Below, in pieces: positions 1-9,410 of a DNA stretch of 49,828 bases. The stretch is from Mucilaginibacter sp. (lineage in GTDB: Bacteria; Bacteroidota; Bacteroidia; Sphingobacteriales; Sphingobacteriaceae). The stretch is from NCBI GenBank assembly GCA_025929405.1, contig JAICMD010000001.1:1-49828 (forward strand), read 5' to 3'. Under the pieces are notes generated by a model that saw nothing but the letters and a program-made list of their open reading frames with translations, was not told where the DNA came from and did not search any database. How positions within the stretch are numbered: position 1 is the stretch's first letter; each line of letters begins with the position of its first letter. The position numbers and the translations under genes are program-made.

Positions 1-2
1 CA

Positions 3-281
3 TGGACAATAACTGCAACCAGCAATAGTCATAAGCTGGAAGTGCGGTTTGCTGCAACAAAACCATTAAGCGGCAAGTATATCATTACTAAAGGTATCCC
101 TGATGATAAGTACATTACCATCTTCCTGGATAATGTGGCTGTGAATGGTGGCGCTGATGTATATGTGCGCCAGCTAACAGGCGGTAAATTAAAAATAAGC
201 CTGTGCAGTGCAATGCCTGCGTTATTTTATTATCAGCCAGCAGTTGTTTTACTTCGGCTATTGTGTATTCTTCAACTATAA
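3..281 (+). CDS. Partial hypothetical protein (5' truncated by window edge; 3' end overlaps the convergent NUDIX gene)
   Basis: Frame is open from position 3 (WTITATSNSHKLEVRFAATKPLSGKY...VYVRQLTGGKLKISLCS). It is protein-like up to about 210, then reads antisense to the NUDIX gene. Confidence 0.45.
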   Translation, partial: WTITATSNSHKLEVRFAATKPLSGKYIITKGIPDDKYITIFLDNVAVNGGADVYVRQLTGGKLKISLCSAMPALFYYQPAVVLLRLLCILQL

Positions 282-711
282 TTTCTTCGTGCTCATCTAA
301 CGATTGCTCCTGCACTTTTTTACCACCTGTGGCCAAATAACAATAAGTTAAATTATTTGAAGTTGCAGGGTTTGGACTAACTGTTGATACCAGTTCCAGG
401 TTGTCAAAAACATACCCGGTTTCTTCCAGTAACTCACGGCGCATGGCATCTTCCGGCAGTTCATCGCCGTCAATTACTCCGCCGGGTATCTCTAACGAAA
501 CAACATCTGCCGCATGCCGGTACTGGCGCACTAAAATTATTTTAGTGTCCGCAGTAACTGCTACTGCGTTTACCCAGTTGGGATATTCCAGCACAAAATA
601 TTCATCAACAATGCGCCCATCGGGCATTTGGCATTTATCGGCACGAAGTGTTGCCCAGTTGCCTTTGTGTATATAGCGTGACGATAATGTTTTCCATTTA
701 AGTGGCTGCAT
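115..711 (-). CDS. NUDIX hydrolase (ADP-ribose pyrophosphatase-like); C-terminus appears aberrant
   Basis: Nudix box GGVIDGDELPEDAMRRELLEETGY; LVRQYR motif. Confidence 0.9.
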   Translation of the reverse strand: MQPLKWKTLSSRYIHKGNWATLRADKCQMPDGRIVDEYFVLEYPNWVNAVAVTADTKIILVRQYRHAADVVSLEIPGGVIDGDELPEDAMRRELLEETGYVFDNLELVSTVSPNPATSNNLTYCYLATGGKKVQEQSLDEHEEIIVEEYTIAEVKQLLADNKITQALHCTGLFLIYRLLAGAHIHQRHHSQPHYPGRW

Positions 712-815
712 AGTTTGTCTGAACTAAGATTTATACGATGAATTGATTTAATGATTTTTTATTGTGATAATATTTAATTCCTCGTCCAAAAATCATATAA
801 ATCGGTGACACGGAC

Positions 816-842
816 AAAAAAGGCAGGATAAAAAATCCTGCC
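816..842 (-). terminator. Rho-independent terminator downstream of the LemA/TPM operon
   Basis: ggcaggat-aaaaa-atcctgcc stem followed on the minus strand by a U tract (aaaaaa 816-821). Confidence 0.6.
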
Positions 843-881
843 AATCTAAAAAATAAAAAATCTGAAGATAATATTGGGATT

Positions 882-951
882 GTTAACCCTGAGCCTGTCG
901 AAGAATGCGCGTATATCCTACCCGCAATGGTTCGACAGGCTCACCATGACA
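882..951. repeat. REP-like palindromic intergenic element
   Basis: tgagcctgtcgaa (890-902) is the perfect reverse complement of ttcgacaggctca (931-943); resembles dispersed ctgagc(c/t)tgtcgaag elements of Bacteroidota. Confidence 0.7.
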
Positions 952-999
952 AGGCTTATAATTGGTGCTGATTAACTAATCACTGATCACCAATCACTA

Positions 1000-1791
1000 T
1001 CACCAACTTCCGCCTGACCCACCGCCACCAAAGCTGCCGCCGCCGAACCCACCGAAGCCGCCATCACCTCCGCCGCCTGAGCCACCTGAAAAACCGCCCC
1101 AGCCACCGCCACCGCGATTGCCGCTGTTCATCATTGATCCGGCTAAAAACCACCAGAACGGACTTGCACCGCCACGGCTACCAATAACCTGGCCGCCGCC
1201 ACCGCCACCCCGCCTGCTAAATACCGCTATAAGTATAACTATAACCACAATAATTATAAACCCAACCGGGCTACCATCATCCTGGGCGCTCTTATGCTTA
1301 CGGGGCGACTTATATTCGCCTTTTACATATTTGATAATCTGGTCTGTACCGGCATCAAGGCCTCCATAGTAATCGCCTTGTCTAAAACGCGGGTTTATAT
1401 CATTTTCCCTGATTTCCTGGGTAACAATATCAGGCAAGGCACCTTCAACACCGTAACCGGTTTGTATAGTTAGTTTACGGTCCCCAAGCGCAACAAGTAG
1501 CACAATGCCATTGTTTTTACCCGCCTGGCCTATTCCCCAGGCACGGCCCAACTTAGCGCCGTACTCGTTTATATCATAATCGCCTACTGATTTTATGATC
1601 ACTACCGCTATTTGGGTAGAGGTACTATCATCAAAGGCTACCAATTTATCCTCCAGCCGTTGTTTCTGATCTTGGGTAAGCGTATTAGTATAGTCAGTAA
1701 CCAGGGTATTTGATTTTGGCGGAAAATCCTGCGCAAATGCCAGGTAACCCAAAATCAGGAAACTGAAAAATAAAGTAATTTTTTTAAGCAT
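1000..1791 (-). CDS. TPM domain (YgcG-like) membrane protein with Gly-rich tail
   Basis: Signal peptide, WGIGQAGKNNGIVLLV, TGYGVEGALPD, TM helix, GGFGGFGGGSFGGGGSGGSW tail. Confidence 0.9.
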   Translation of the reverse strand: MLKKITLFFSFLILGYLAFAQDFPPKSNTLVTDYTNTLTQDQKQRLEDKLVAFDDSTSTQIAVVIIKSVGDYDINEYGAKLGRAWGIGQAGKNNGIVLLVALGDRKLTIQTGYGVEGALPDIVTQEIRENDINPRFRQGDYYGGLDAGTDQIIKYVKGEYKSPRKHKSAQDDGSPVGFIIIVVIVILIAVFSRRGGGGGGQVIGSRGGASPFWWFLAGSMMNSGNRGGGGWGGFSGGSGGGGDGGFGGFGGGSFGGGGSGGSW

Positions 1792-1802
1792 CGTCTTGGG
1801 TT

Positions 1803-2237
1803 TTAATCACTATCCATAAAGGAAACATCGTCGGGCAACTCGTTAATATCGTCGGTTTGGTAAGGGAAATAAGATTTGAGCTGCTCACCCGCTTTAACTA
1901 TGCCGGTTATAACACCTTCAACCAAATTGCCTTGCTTAAATTGCTCCACCATTTTAACTTTGGTCTGATCCCAAAAATCAACCGGCACCTTTTGGTTAAT
2001 ACCGGCATCGCCTATGATGGCAAACTTACGATCGGTTGTAGCCAGGTATATCAGCACACCATTACGCAGTTTGGTTTTATGCATATCCAACTGGTAAAAG
2101 TATTTTGCTGCACGATCAAGCACTTCTTCGCTGCATGTTTTTTCAACACATATCCGCACCTCGCCCGAAGTATTTTTTTCGGCAGCCTGCACAGCCTCTT
2201 TAATGCGTTGCTGTTCGTCTTCGTTAAATAATGGCAT
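1803..2237 (-). CDS. TPM domain protein (small, LemA-operon associated)
   Basis: AEKNTSGEVRI, RNGVLIYLA...RKFAIIGDAGIN, DDINELPDDVS motifs. Confidence 0.9.
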   Translation of the reverse strand: MPLFNEDEQQRIKEAVQAAEKNTSGEVRICVEKTCSEEVLDRAAKYFYQLDMHKTKLRNGVLIYLATTDRKFAIIGDAGINQKVPVDFWDQTKVKMVEQFKQGNLVEGVITGIVKAGEQLKSYFPYQTDDINELPDDVSFMDSD

Positions 2238-2314
2238 AGTATTTAAAGATTGAAGATTAAAGATTAGTAATTAAGGACTGATCACAACCAACCCTTAATC
2301 ACTAATCTTCAAAC

Positions 2315-2893
2315 TTAAAATTGAACTTTCGGTGCTTTATCGGCTCCGGCTTCGGACTGGAAATATCCCTTCTCGTTAAAGCTGAACATTTTTGCCGTAA
2401 TATTTGCCGGGAACGAACGTATTTTACTGTTATATTCTTGCACGGCATTGTTAAAATCCATACGGGCAATATTTATACGGTTCTCGGTACCCTCAATTTG
2501 CGCCTGTAAGCCCAAAAAGTTTTCATTTGCTTTTAATTGCGGATAATTTTCACTTACCACCATTAACCGGCCTAAAGCCTGGCTTAACTGGCCCTGTGCC
2601 GCTTGAAACTTCTCTATCGATTCGGGAGTTAATTTAGTAGGGTCAACCTGTACCGAAGTTGCCTTAGCACGGGCTTCAATAACATCAGTTAATGTGCTTT
2701 TTTCAAAATTAGCGGCACCCTTTACGGTTGCTACCAGGTTTGGTATCAAGTCCGACCGGCGCTGATACTGGCTTTGTACTGCGCCCCATTTTGCCTTAAC
2801 ATTTTCGTCCATTTGCACCATGCTATTATAGCTGCATGAGCTTAACGACATGGTAGCCATGATTACTAATATTGCTGCGAATAATTTTTTCAT
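2315..2893 (-). CDS. lemA: LemA family protein
   Basis: QYQRRSDLIPNLVATVKG, ENYPQLKANENF, EGTENRINIAR. Confidence 0.95.
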   Translation of the reverse strand: MKKLFAAILVIMATMSLSSCSYNSMVQMDENVKAKWGAVQSQYQRRSDLIPNLVATVKGAANFEKSTLTDVIEARAKATSVQVDPTKLTPESIEKFQAAQGQLSQALGRLMVVSENYPQLKANENFLGLQAQIEGTENRINIARMDFNNAVQEYNSKIRSFPANITAKMFSFNEKGYFQSEAGADKAPKVQF

Positions 2894-3015
2894 CGTTTAT
2901 GTTCTTTATTTTCAGTTTAGATTACAAAAGGCATACCGTTGTTACAGTTATGTTACAATTATGCCATTATGTCAAATATAACTATAAAAATACAAGCCCA
3001 TAGTTTGCTACGCAG

Positions 3016-3999
3016 CTACTTTTTTGAAGCATTAACCAATAACAAACCTGCTGCAATACCTGCAACCATTGCTACCCCAAGATATTTGGTTGTTTTAAGC
3101 TGATAGGGCGGCCTGTTAAACCCGCCATGCGTGCTCATTGCATAATCAACTGTGGTAAACAAATTACCATCAGTTGGCGGCATATCATCAGCGCGTTTAA
3201 AATACCTGCGCATAAAAGCACCGGTTAGCTTCACCATTGTTTCGGGTAGTAAATTATGTGCAAACTTTAGTAATAATGATACTCCGCCCACATATTTTGT
3301 TGAGGAAGGATCGGCAGCTACTTTTAATACTTCGTGCGCTAATCGCTGCGGATCATACACCGGTGGCGAAGGCACCAGCTTTTTTCCGGTATAGTTACCT
3401 GCGTGTGATATGCCCGGCGTATCTAAAAAAGCAGGGAACATATCGCACACATATATTTTGGGCCATGCTGTTAGTTCCCCTTTTAATGATTCCGAAAATC
3501 CCCTTAATCCAAATTTGCTTGCTGTATAACCTGCACCATAAGGTAACGGCAAGTAACCACCTATTGATATGTTATTAATGATGGTACCAAATGCCTGTGC
3601 TTTAAAAATAGGCAGTACGGCGTGCGCACCATTCATATAACCTATTAAGTTGGTTTCAATTGCCTGTTTATGTACAGCCATGGGCGTAGCATCAAAAGGA
3701 CCCGCAGCAAGTATGCCTGCATTATTTATCCAGATATCAAGCTTACCTTTCCAATCTGCGGCAGTATTAGCCAGGTTTATCATTGCACCGGTATCGGTTA
3801 CATCGGTAGGTACTATCAATACTTCTGTGTCAAAACTTTCACATTCTGCTGCAACTTCGGCTAAAACACTTTCATTACGTGCTGCTAAAACCAAACACGC
3901 ACCTTGTTCTGCAAAAGCCAAAGCCATTGCCCTGCCCGCACCGCTGGAAGCGCCGGTTATTACCACTACTTTATCTTTTAAACTCGCTAACTTATCCAT
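3016..3999 (-). CDS. SDR family oxidoreductase
   Basis: TGASSGAG Rossmann motif, NNAG, YTASK catalytic YxxxK. Confidence 0.92.
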   Translation of the reverse strand: MDKLASLKDKVVVITGASSGAGRAMALAFAEQGACLVLAARNESVLAEVAAECESFDTEVLIVPTDVTDTGAMINLANTAADWKGKLDIWINNAGILAAGPFDATPMAVHKQAIETNLIGYMNGAHAVLPIFKAQAFGTIINNISIGGYLPLPYGAGYTASKFGLRGFSESLKGELTAWPKIYVCDMFPAFLDTPGISHAGNYTGKKLVPSPPVYDPQRLAHEVLKVAADPSSTKYVGGVSLLLKFAHNLLPETMVKLTGAFMRRYFKRADDMPPTDGNLFTTVDYAMSTHGGFNRPPYQLKTTKYLGVAMVAGIAAGLLLVNASKK

Positions 4000-4068
4000 A
4001 TTATATTAACCTGCTGCCCGGCAATGTGTTTTAAATAATGCAATGGCGGTTAAGATTAAGCTTAAATG

Positions 4069-4232
4069 ATGTGCAGATATGCAGATGTTGTGAATGTGTA
4101 AATGGGCAGATATGCAAATGTGCGGGATGTGCAGAATGTATTAATGCGAATACGCAAATTACGACATGCAGACATGCAAATTTAGGTGGTGTACACAGGT
4201 TCCCTCTTGAGGAGGGACAGGGGGGGTGTGTT
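4069..4232. repeat. Degenerate ~8-bp tandem repeats (atgtgcag/atatgcag/atatgcaa) followed by a REP-like element
   Basis: Repeats visible at 4069-4181; ttccctcttgaggagggacagggggggtgtg at about 4200-4230. Confidence 0.6.
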
Positions 4233-4257
4233 AATAAAACGATTTGGAAATTGAGAT

Positions 4258-4629
4258 TTAATCCCAATCCAAAGCGCCCTTTTTGATGACGTAGATAAAG
4301 CCAAGCAACAAGGTACCCATAAAAATAAACATCTCTATCATGCCGGTTTTGCCCAGTTCATGAAAGTTTACGGCCCAGGGGTACATAAATATTACCTCAA
4401 CATCAAAAAGCACAAACAGGATAGCTACCAGGAAGTATTTAATAGATATGGGGGTACGGGCATTACCAATAACTTCAATACCCGATTCAAAAGGGGTTAA
4501 TTTATCCTTGGTTACGCGTTTAGGGCCTATTTTGTGGGTAACAAACATGGTAGTAACCACAAAACCCACAGCAACCAGCATCTGGAAAATAATAGGCAAA
4601 TAATTAACCGGTAAACTTTGTACTTCCAT
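4258..4629 (-). CDS. nuoA: NADH-quinone oxidoreductase subunit A
   Basis: KLTPFESG, IKYFLVAILFVLFDVEVIFMYPWAV, KKGALDWD; three TM helices. Confidence 0.96.
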   Translation of the reverse strand: MEVQSLPVNYLPIIFQMLVAVGFVVTTMFVTHKIGPKRVTKDKLTPFESGIEVIGNARTPISIKYFLVAILFVLFDVEVIFMYPWAVNFHELGKTGMIEMFIFMGTLLLGFIYVIKKGALDWD

Positions 4630-4815
4630 GGGTGCAAATATACAAATGGTACAATATAATGTAAAACACTTTTTTATTACATAATAAGAAATACTGTTAT
4701 TAACTAATGTGCATAATTAAAACCAATGAATGTGCATTTATACGTTGATTTACAGCATGTAAATTTGGAAATTAAAAAACTATAGTTTAAGTTTGATTAA
4801 CCTAAAGATAAATAT

Positions 4816-6402
4816 ATGTTTCTTACTCCAACCTATGATAGTACTACAGAAGTGGTATTACAACTTATTTCGCAATTAAAATTACCAGTGACAAAAAAGA
4901 CTATAATAACCGAATTAGAACTCCATCCTGATTATCCGAGTTTATTAGCTATAAATGATGTTTTAAACCAATTTGGCATAGCTAATTACCCATTCAATAA
5001 TATCACTATCGAAAAATTATTACATGTACCCTGCCCCTTTATTGCGCATACTAAAAACAAACAGTTCTTATTAATTAAAGATATCAATAAAACATCCGTG
5101 CAATTAAATGATACTACAATTAGCCTGGATGACTTTGCGGCTAAATTTGACGGTGTTATTATGGCAGTTGAACCTTTGGAAGAAGCGGGCGATAAAAATT
5201 ATAACGAAAATAAATGGTTACAAACCTTAGATGCGTTAAGAACTCCGGTATCATTGGCAGGATTAGTAGCCATTACAATGCTTGCATTAATTTATCAATC
5301 CTCTTATTTGCTTAACATTAACTGGCAAATAGCTGCAGTAACCTTATTTAAGTTAGCCGGAGTCATTACATCAATTTTATTATTGATACAAAGCATTGAT
5401 AGTAATAATCCCTTAATCCAGAAGCTCTGTCAAAATGATACCAACAAAAATTGCAATGCCATTTTATCTTCACCCGCAGCTAAAGCATTTAGCGGACTCA
5501 CATGGTCAGAAGTAGGCTATTTTTATTTTTCAGGAACTTTTTTAACGCTTTTATTTAACAGCAATTCTATATCCATTTTACAAATATTAAGCATATTAAA
5601 TATTATAAGCCTGCCTTATACATTTTATTCTATTTATTACCAATGGCGCGTAGCTAAAGTATGGTGTGTTTTATGCAGCACCATACAAGGTTTATTATGG
5701 CTGGAGTTTATTCCGTTAATAACTATGCTTAAAATGCCTTTATTGGCACCTACCGCAAAAGAATTAAGTAGCTTGTTAATATGCTTTATTACACCCTTTA
5801 TAGCATGGATATGGATTAAACCATTCTTGGTAAATGCGCAAAAGATAACACCTTTAAATAAACAGTTAAACAAGTTCAAATACAATATTGATCTGTTTAA
5901 TAAATTGCTAACTGAACAGATTAAATATACTACCCCTGACACTTCATGGTCGGTTGTTTTGGGCAATATGGAAAACCCAGATAAAATTATAACTATGGTA
6001 TCAAACCCTTATTGCGGGCCATGTGATGGTGCACACAAAATTATTGACGAATTATTGGAGTCAAAAAATAATATTCAAGTTCGATTTGTATTTGTATTCA
6101 ATAACATTTTTTCTGAAGATGATAAACGCATGGTTGTTGCCCGGCATTTGTTAGCATTAGATACTAACGGCAATAAAACTATGGTAAAAAATGCCTTACA
6201 TGACTGGTATACGCTTAGGCAAAAGGATTTTACCGAATGGACAAAAAAGTATCCTACAAATTATGATGATGGCGTTATTAGCAAGCTTGAACAACAAACA
6301 AATTGGCGCAATATAGCAGAAATCATATCCACCCCAACAACCTTAATAAATGGTTATAAACTGCCTTACCCATACCAATTAGATGATTTAAAATACTTCT
6401 AA
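4816..6402 (+). CDS. C39-peptidase-like / vitamin K epoxide reductase / DsbA-like thioredoxin fusion protein
   Basis: HPDYPSLLAINDVL and PFIAH (C39-like, no evident catalytic Cys); KLCQ...NCNAILSS and WCVLC (VKOR Cys pairs) among TM helices; SNPYCGPC and TPTTLING (thioredoxin fold). Confidence 0.85.
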   Translation: MFLTPTYDSTTEVVLQLISQLKLPVTKKTIITELELHPDYPSLLAINDVLNQFGIANYPFNNITIEKLLHVPCPFIAHTKNKQFLLIKDINKTSVQLNDTTISLDDFAAKFDGVIMAVEPLEEAGDKNYNENKWLQTLDALRTPVSLAGLVAITMLALIYQSSYLLNINWQIAAVTLFKLAGVITSILLLIQSIDSNNPLIQKLCQNDTNKNCNAILSSPAAKAFSGLTWSEVGYFYFSGTFLTLLFNSNSISILQILSILNIISLPYTFYSIYYQWRVAKVWCVLCSTIQGLLWLEFIPLITMLKMPLLAPTAKELSSLLICFITPFIAWIWIKPFLVNAQKITPLNKQLNKFKYNIDLFNKLLTEQIKYTTPDTSWSVVLGNMENPDKIITMVSNPYCGPCDGAHKIIDELLESKNNIQVRFVFVFNNIFSEDDKRMVVARHLLALDTNGNKTMVKNALHDWYTLRQKDFTEWTKKYPTNYDDGVISKLEQQTNWRNIAEIISTPTTLINGYKLPYPYQLDDLKYF

Positions 6403-6487
6403 TGATATAAAGTTGCCTGCCTTTAGGAAAAACAGGATAAGGAAAGCCGTAACCTGAATAAATGAAGCAAATATTAAATATGTTATT

Positions 6488-6685
6488 ATGAAAAAACTAA
6501 AATTAATGCTTAATGCTGATGAAATAATCAGTAGAGAGGAAATGAAAAAAATTAGTGGGGGATATGACGACGGGGCCTGCATCCAATTTATATGTGGTTC
6601 CACTTGCCCAACTGCAACCGGTTGGTGCAGTTGTGTAGATTTTGGAGGGGGAGGAGTAGGTGGGCCAATTTGTTTGGGAGGATAA
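6488..6685 (+). CDS. Double-glycine-leader peptide precursor with 6-Cys core (bacteriocin/RiPP-like)
   Basis: Leader MKKLKLMLNADEIISREEMKKISGG, then a 40-aa core with six Cys; immediately followed by a terminator. Confidence 0.8.
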   Translation: MKKLKLMLNADEIISREEMKKISGGYDDGACIQFICGSTCPTATGWCSCVDFGGGGVGGPICLGG

Positions 6686-6720
6686 ATAACAAAGGCTTCT
6701 TTTCAGAAGCCTTTGTTATT
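6685..6720. terminator. Bidirectional terminator hairpin
   Basis: aataacaaaggcttct-tttc-agaagcctttgttatt perfect 16-bp stem between convergent genes. Confidence 0.8.
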
Positions 6721-6736
6721 TATATTTATTAATATA

Positions 6737-8467
6737 TTACTTACTCTTTTTAGCAGGGGCTGTCGTTGCCGCAGGTGCAGCCTTTGAATCAAAATAGAAT
6801 TTGGCTTGTCTATTGTCAGGATCTTGTTCTCTTGCCTTAGTATAAGCGTCAAGAGCCTTTGCATCATCTTTATCATGGTACAAATAATAATTACCCATAT
6901 AAGCATACGCTTCTGCAAAGTAGCGTTTAGTTTTTACATCTGTTGGTTGTTTAGCTGTTAAAGCTTCTATATATTTTTCATAATAAGGTTTAGCCAGTCC
7001 AGCCATTTTCGTTAAATCCTTATTATCTTTTAAGTCAGCAATTCGTGCTCTATAAAGATATATATCAGCAGGCGGGGTAGTATAAGCTTTCGCAGCAATT
7101 GCTAGTGATGTATCACGTTTATCTAATAAAGTTGAATCTTTAGTTTTGTTATATGCGACTGCATAGTAATAATAAATCCCCGCATATACGCGATTAGTGG
7201 GAGAAGATGAATTATGAACTTTGTTCGCAATATCATAATAAGAATTTGCGATATTCAGATATTCATTTTTCTTTTTATATACATTAGTTATATCTGTATA
7301 GGCATCTTCAGCCAAAGTACTATCCAAATCAGCAGCCTTCTTTAAATTACCAATACCGGCTACAGTATCTTTACCGCTGGCAATTTGCAAACGGCCCAAA
7401 TAGTAATAATCACGTGGTAAAATGCGGGTTGGCTCAGCTTTACTAAACCAGGTGTTTATAGCAGTTAAGCCATTGGTATAATCCTTATTTTCATAAGCGG
7501 CATAACCTAAATAACGGTATACGCGTATGTTGCTGCCGGCATGTTTAGCCAGCGTGCTTGCCACTTGCTGCAGCTCTTCGTATTTACCTGCACTTACTAA
7601 AAAGTCGGCATAACGCATTAAAGTTTCGTCAGACTCATCAGTCAAACTCATGTACTTTTTATAGTTGGCAACACCCTCATTAATTTTTTCGGATGCTACC
7701 GCTTTGCTATCCAATGCCCAGCTCAGGTCGGTTTCGGCCCATTCGCGGTAAGCCGGGCCATAGTTAGGGTCAATGGCAATAGCTGCCTGAAATTGTTTAA
7801 CCGCATCTTCAAAATTATGGGCATTGCTCCATAATACGCCTTGCGCTACATTGGCCGCAGGCGATTTTGGGTCTAACCCTAATGCTGTTGTATAGTAATT
7901 ATAGGCTTCGCTGGTATTTCTTTGCGAGCGGTATGCATTACCCAAAGCCAATGCTGCTTCGGCATCCTTAGGATTGGCCAGCGTAGCTTTCTTTAAAGCT
8001 GCAATAGCGGCATCGGCATCAGCAGTATTAACTACCTTGCTGCCTGGTAAAGGCATTAATAAACCTTCGCCCATGTAGATGTATGGTTTTGAATCTTTTT
8101 TAGATGTTAAGTCTGCTACTTGTTTAAAATTACTGCTTTCGCCGGCTGCATCTTTATTTAAATGGGCTACTACACCTAAACCTGCATAATTAAGCGCCGA
8201 CTTAGGATCAACAGCAATACCTTTGGTAAAGGCTGCCTTTGCCGAGTCGACATAATCCTGCTGTAAATAGGTCCAACCCAGGTAAAAAAAGTTTTCGTCA
8301 TTGTTTTTTGCTTGTGTAACCGTAAGGTTTTTAAGCATGGCTTTTGCTTTCTGGTACTGTTCGGCATCTATAGCTTTTTTAGCATCGGCAAGGCTTTGAG
8401 CAAAAACCGACGAACCAACAACTACCAGCCCTAACGCTACATTAGCTATTTTACTGATCATTTTCAT
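6737..8467 (-). CDS. Secreted tetratricopeptide repeat protein
   Basis: Signal peptide (VFAQ), repeated helical TPR units (A..LDPKS, IDPNYGPAYREWAE). Confidence 0.88.
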   Translation of the reverse strand: MKMISKIANVALGLVVVGSSVFAQSLADAKKAIDAEQYQKAKAMLKNLTVTQAKNNDENFFYLGWTYLQQDYVDSAKAAFTKGIAVDPKSALNYAGLGVVAHLNKDAAGESSNFKQVADLTSKKDSKPYIYMGEGLLMPLPGSKVVNTADADAAIAALKKATLANPKDAEAALALGNAYRSQRNTSEAYNYYTTALGLDPKSPAANVAQGVLWSNAHNFEDAVKQFQAAIAIDPNYGPAYREWAETDLSWALDSKAVASEKINEGVANYKKYMSLTDESDETLMRYADFLVSAGKYEELQQVASTLAKHAGSNIRVYRYLGYAAYENKDYTNGLTAINTWFSKAEPTRILPRDYYYLGRLQIASGKDTVAGIGNLKKAADLDSTLAEDAYTDITNVYKKKNEYLNIANSYYDIANKVHNSSSPTNRVYAGIYYYYAVAYNKTKDSTLLDKRDTSLAIAAKAYTTPPADIYLYRARIADLKDNKDLTKMAGLAKPYYEKYIEALTAKQPTDVKTKRYFAEAYAYMGNYYLYHDKDDAKALDAYTKAREQDPDNRQAKFYFDSKAAPAATTAPAKKSK

Positions 8468-8492
8468 CTCGTGTTTATAATTATAGTGTTTA

Positions 8493-9410
8493 TTAAAATG
8501 TATGTTTAATGTTTATCTCTCTTCCAGGTATTGAGTCTGGCAATATACCCGACCGTAATATTACGCGCTGCCCCTGTTCATTAACCAAAAAGTAGGCAAA
8601 TCCTGTGCCTAAACCCCATTTACCGGTACAATTTATAACATAAAGGCCCCTAATTAATGGATACTGCTTTAAAGCCAGTGTGCTTTGCGAAGGCTTAAAA
8701 TATTGGTTAGGGGCTGTTTTATTAGCTTCATCCTTAACCGCAACTATCTTCACATTGTGCACCGCATCCTTATAATCGTTATCAGGGTCATTTAACCAGC
8801 TAAATCCTGTAATGCCTATGGCTTCGGGATGCTCGCTTACATATTTTATAACCTCTTTATTATTTTTGAGTGCAAAAATGTTGCTTAGATTAAAATTGGC
8901 ATTTCCTGAAAACTCTTTCAAATACCGTACTAAACTTGAGTTTCCATTATCAAAAACGATGTTTACGTTAGTTTTAGTCTTGCCATTAAGCATATTTTTT
9001 ATTTCGGCCACTGATGTTAACGTATCATTTGACGCCTTATTGACAATTAAAGTAATAGCATCAATAGCAAAACGATGTACATCAGGGGGCAAATTACGGC
9101 TTTTTAATAATTTAAGTTCATCGGCATTTAAATCACGAGCCAATATAGCCACCCTTACACTATCATTTAATAATAACCGTAATGCATCATTTTCCGAACG
9201 ATAAAGTATATTGATCCTGGCTTTATTGTTCAGTTGCGTAAAAACATATTTTTCTTCATCAACAATAGGCTGGCATGATTCATCTGCCGTAAAAGTAGCA
9301 GTGCCTTCCGTAATTGAATCTTGTTTGGCAGCCGGCGTTGTTTTTTGCTTGCATGCCTGCAGCATAATTATAGCACCGGCAACCAATAGAATTGTTTTTG
9401 CCTTATTCAT
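8493..9410 (-). CDS. PstS-like substrate-binding lipoprotein (PBP_like_2)
   Basis: Lipobox LQAC, ADESCQPI, FAIDAITLIVNK, YPLIRGLYVI, GQRVILRSGILP. Confidence 0.82.
   Translation of the reverse strand: MNKAKTILLVAGAIIMLQACKQKTTPAAKQDSITEGTATFTADESCQPIVDEEKYVFTQLNNKARINILYRSENDALRLLLNDSVRVAILARDLNADELKLLKSRNLPPDVHRFAIDAITLIVNKASNDTLTSVAEIKNMLNGKTKTNVNIVFDNGNSSLVRYLKEFSGNANFNLSNIFALKNNKEVIKYVSEHPEAIGITGFSWLNDPDNDYKDAVHNVKIVAVKDEANKTAPNQYFKPSQSTLALKQYPLIRGLYVINCTGKWGLGTGFAYFLVNEQGQRVILRSGILPDSIPGREINIKHTF

Noticed and set aside
1000-1220. GC-rich ccgcca/ccacc repeats
   Set aside because: They encode the ordinary Gly-rich tail of the TPM protein; not a DNA repeat element.
4031-4286. Cys/His-rich ORFs on both strands (78 and 82 aa)
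   Set aside because: Translation artefacts of the 8-mer repeat tract and REP-like element; no signal peptide or plausible start context.
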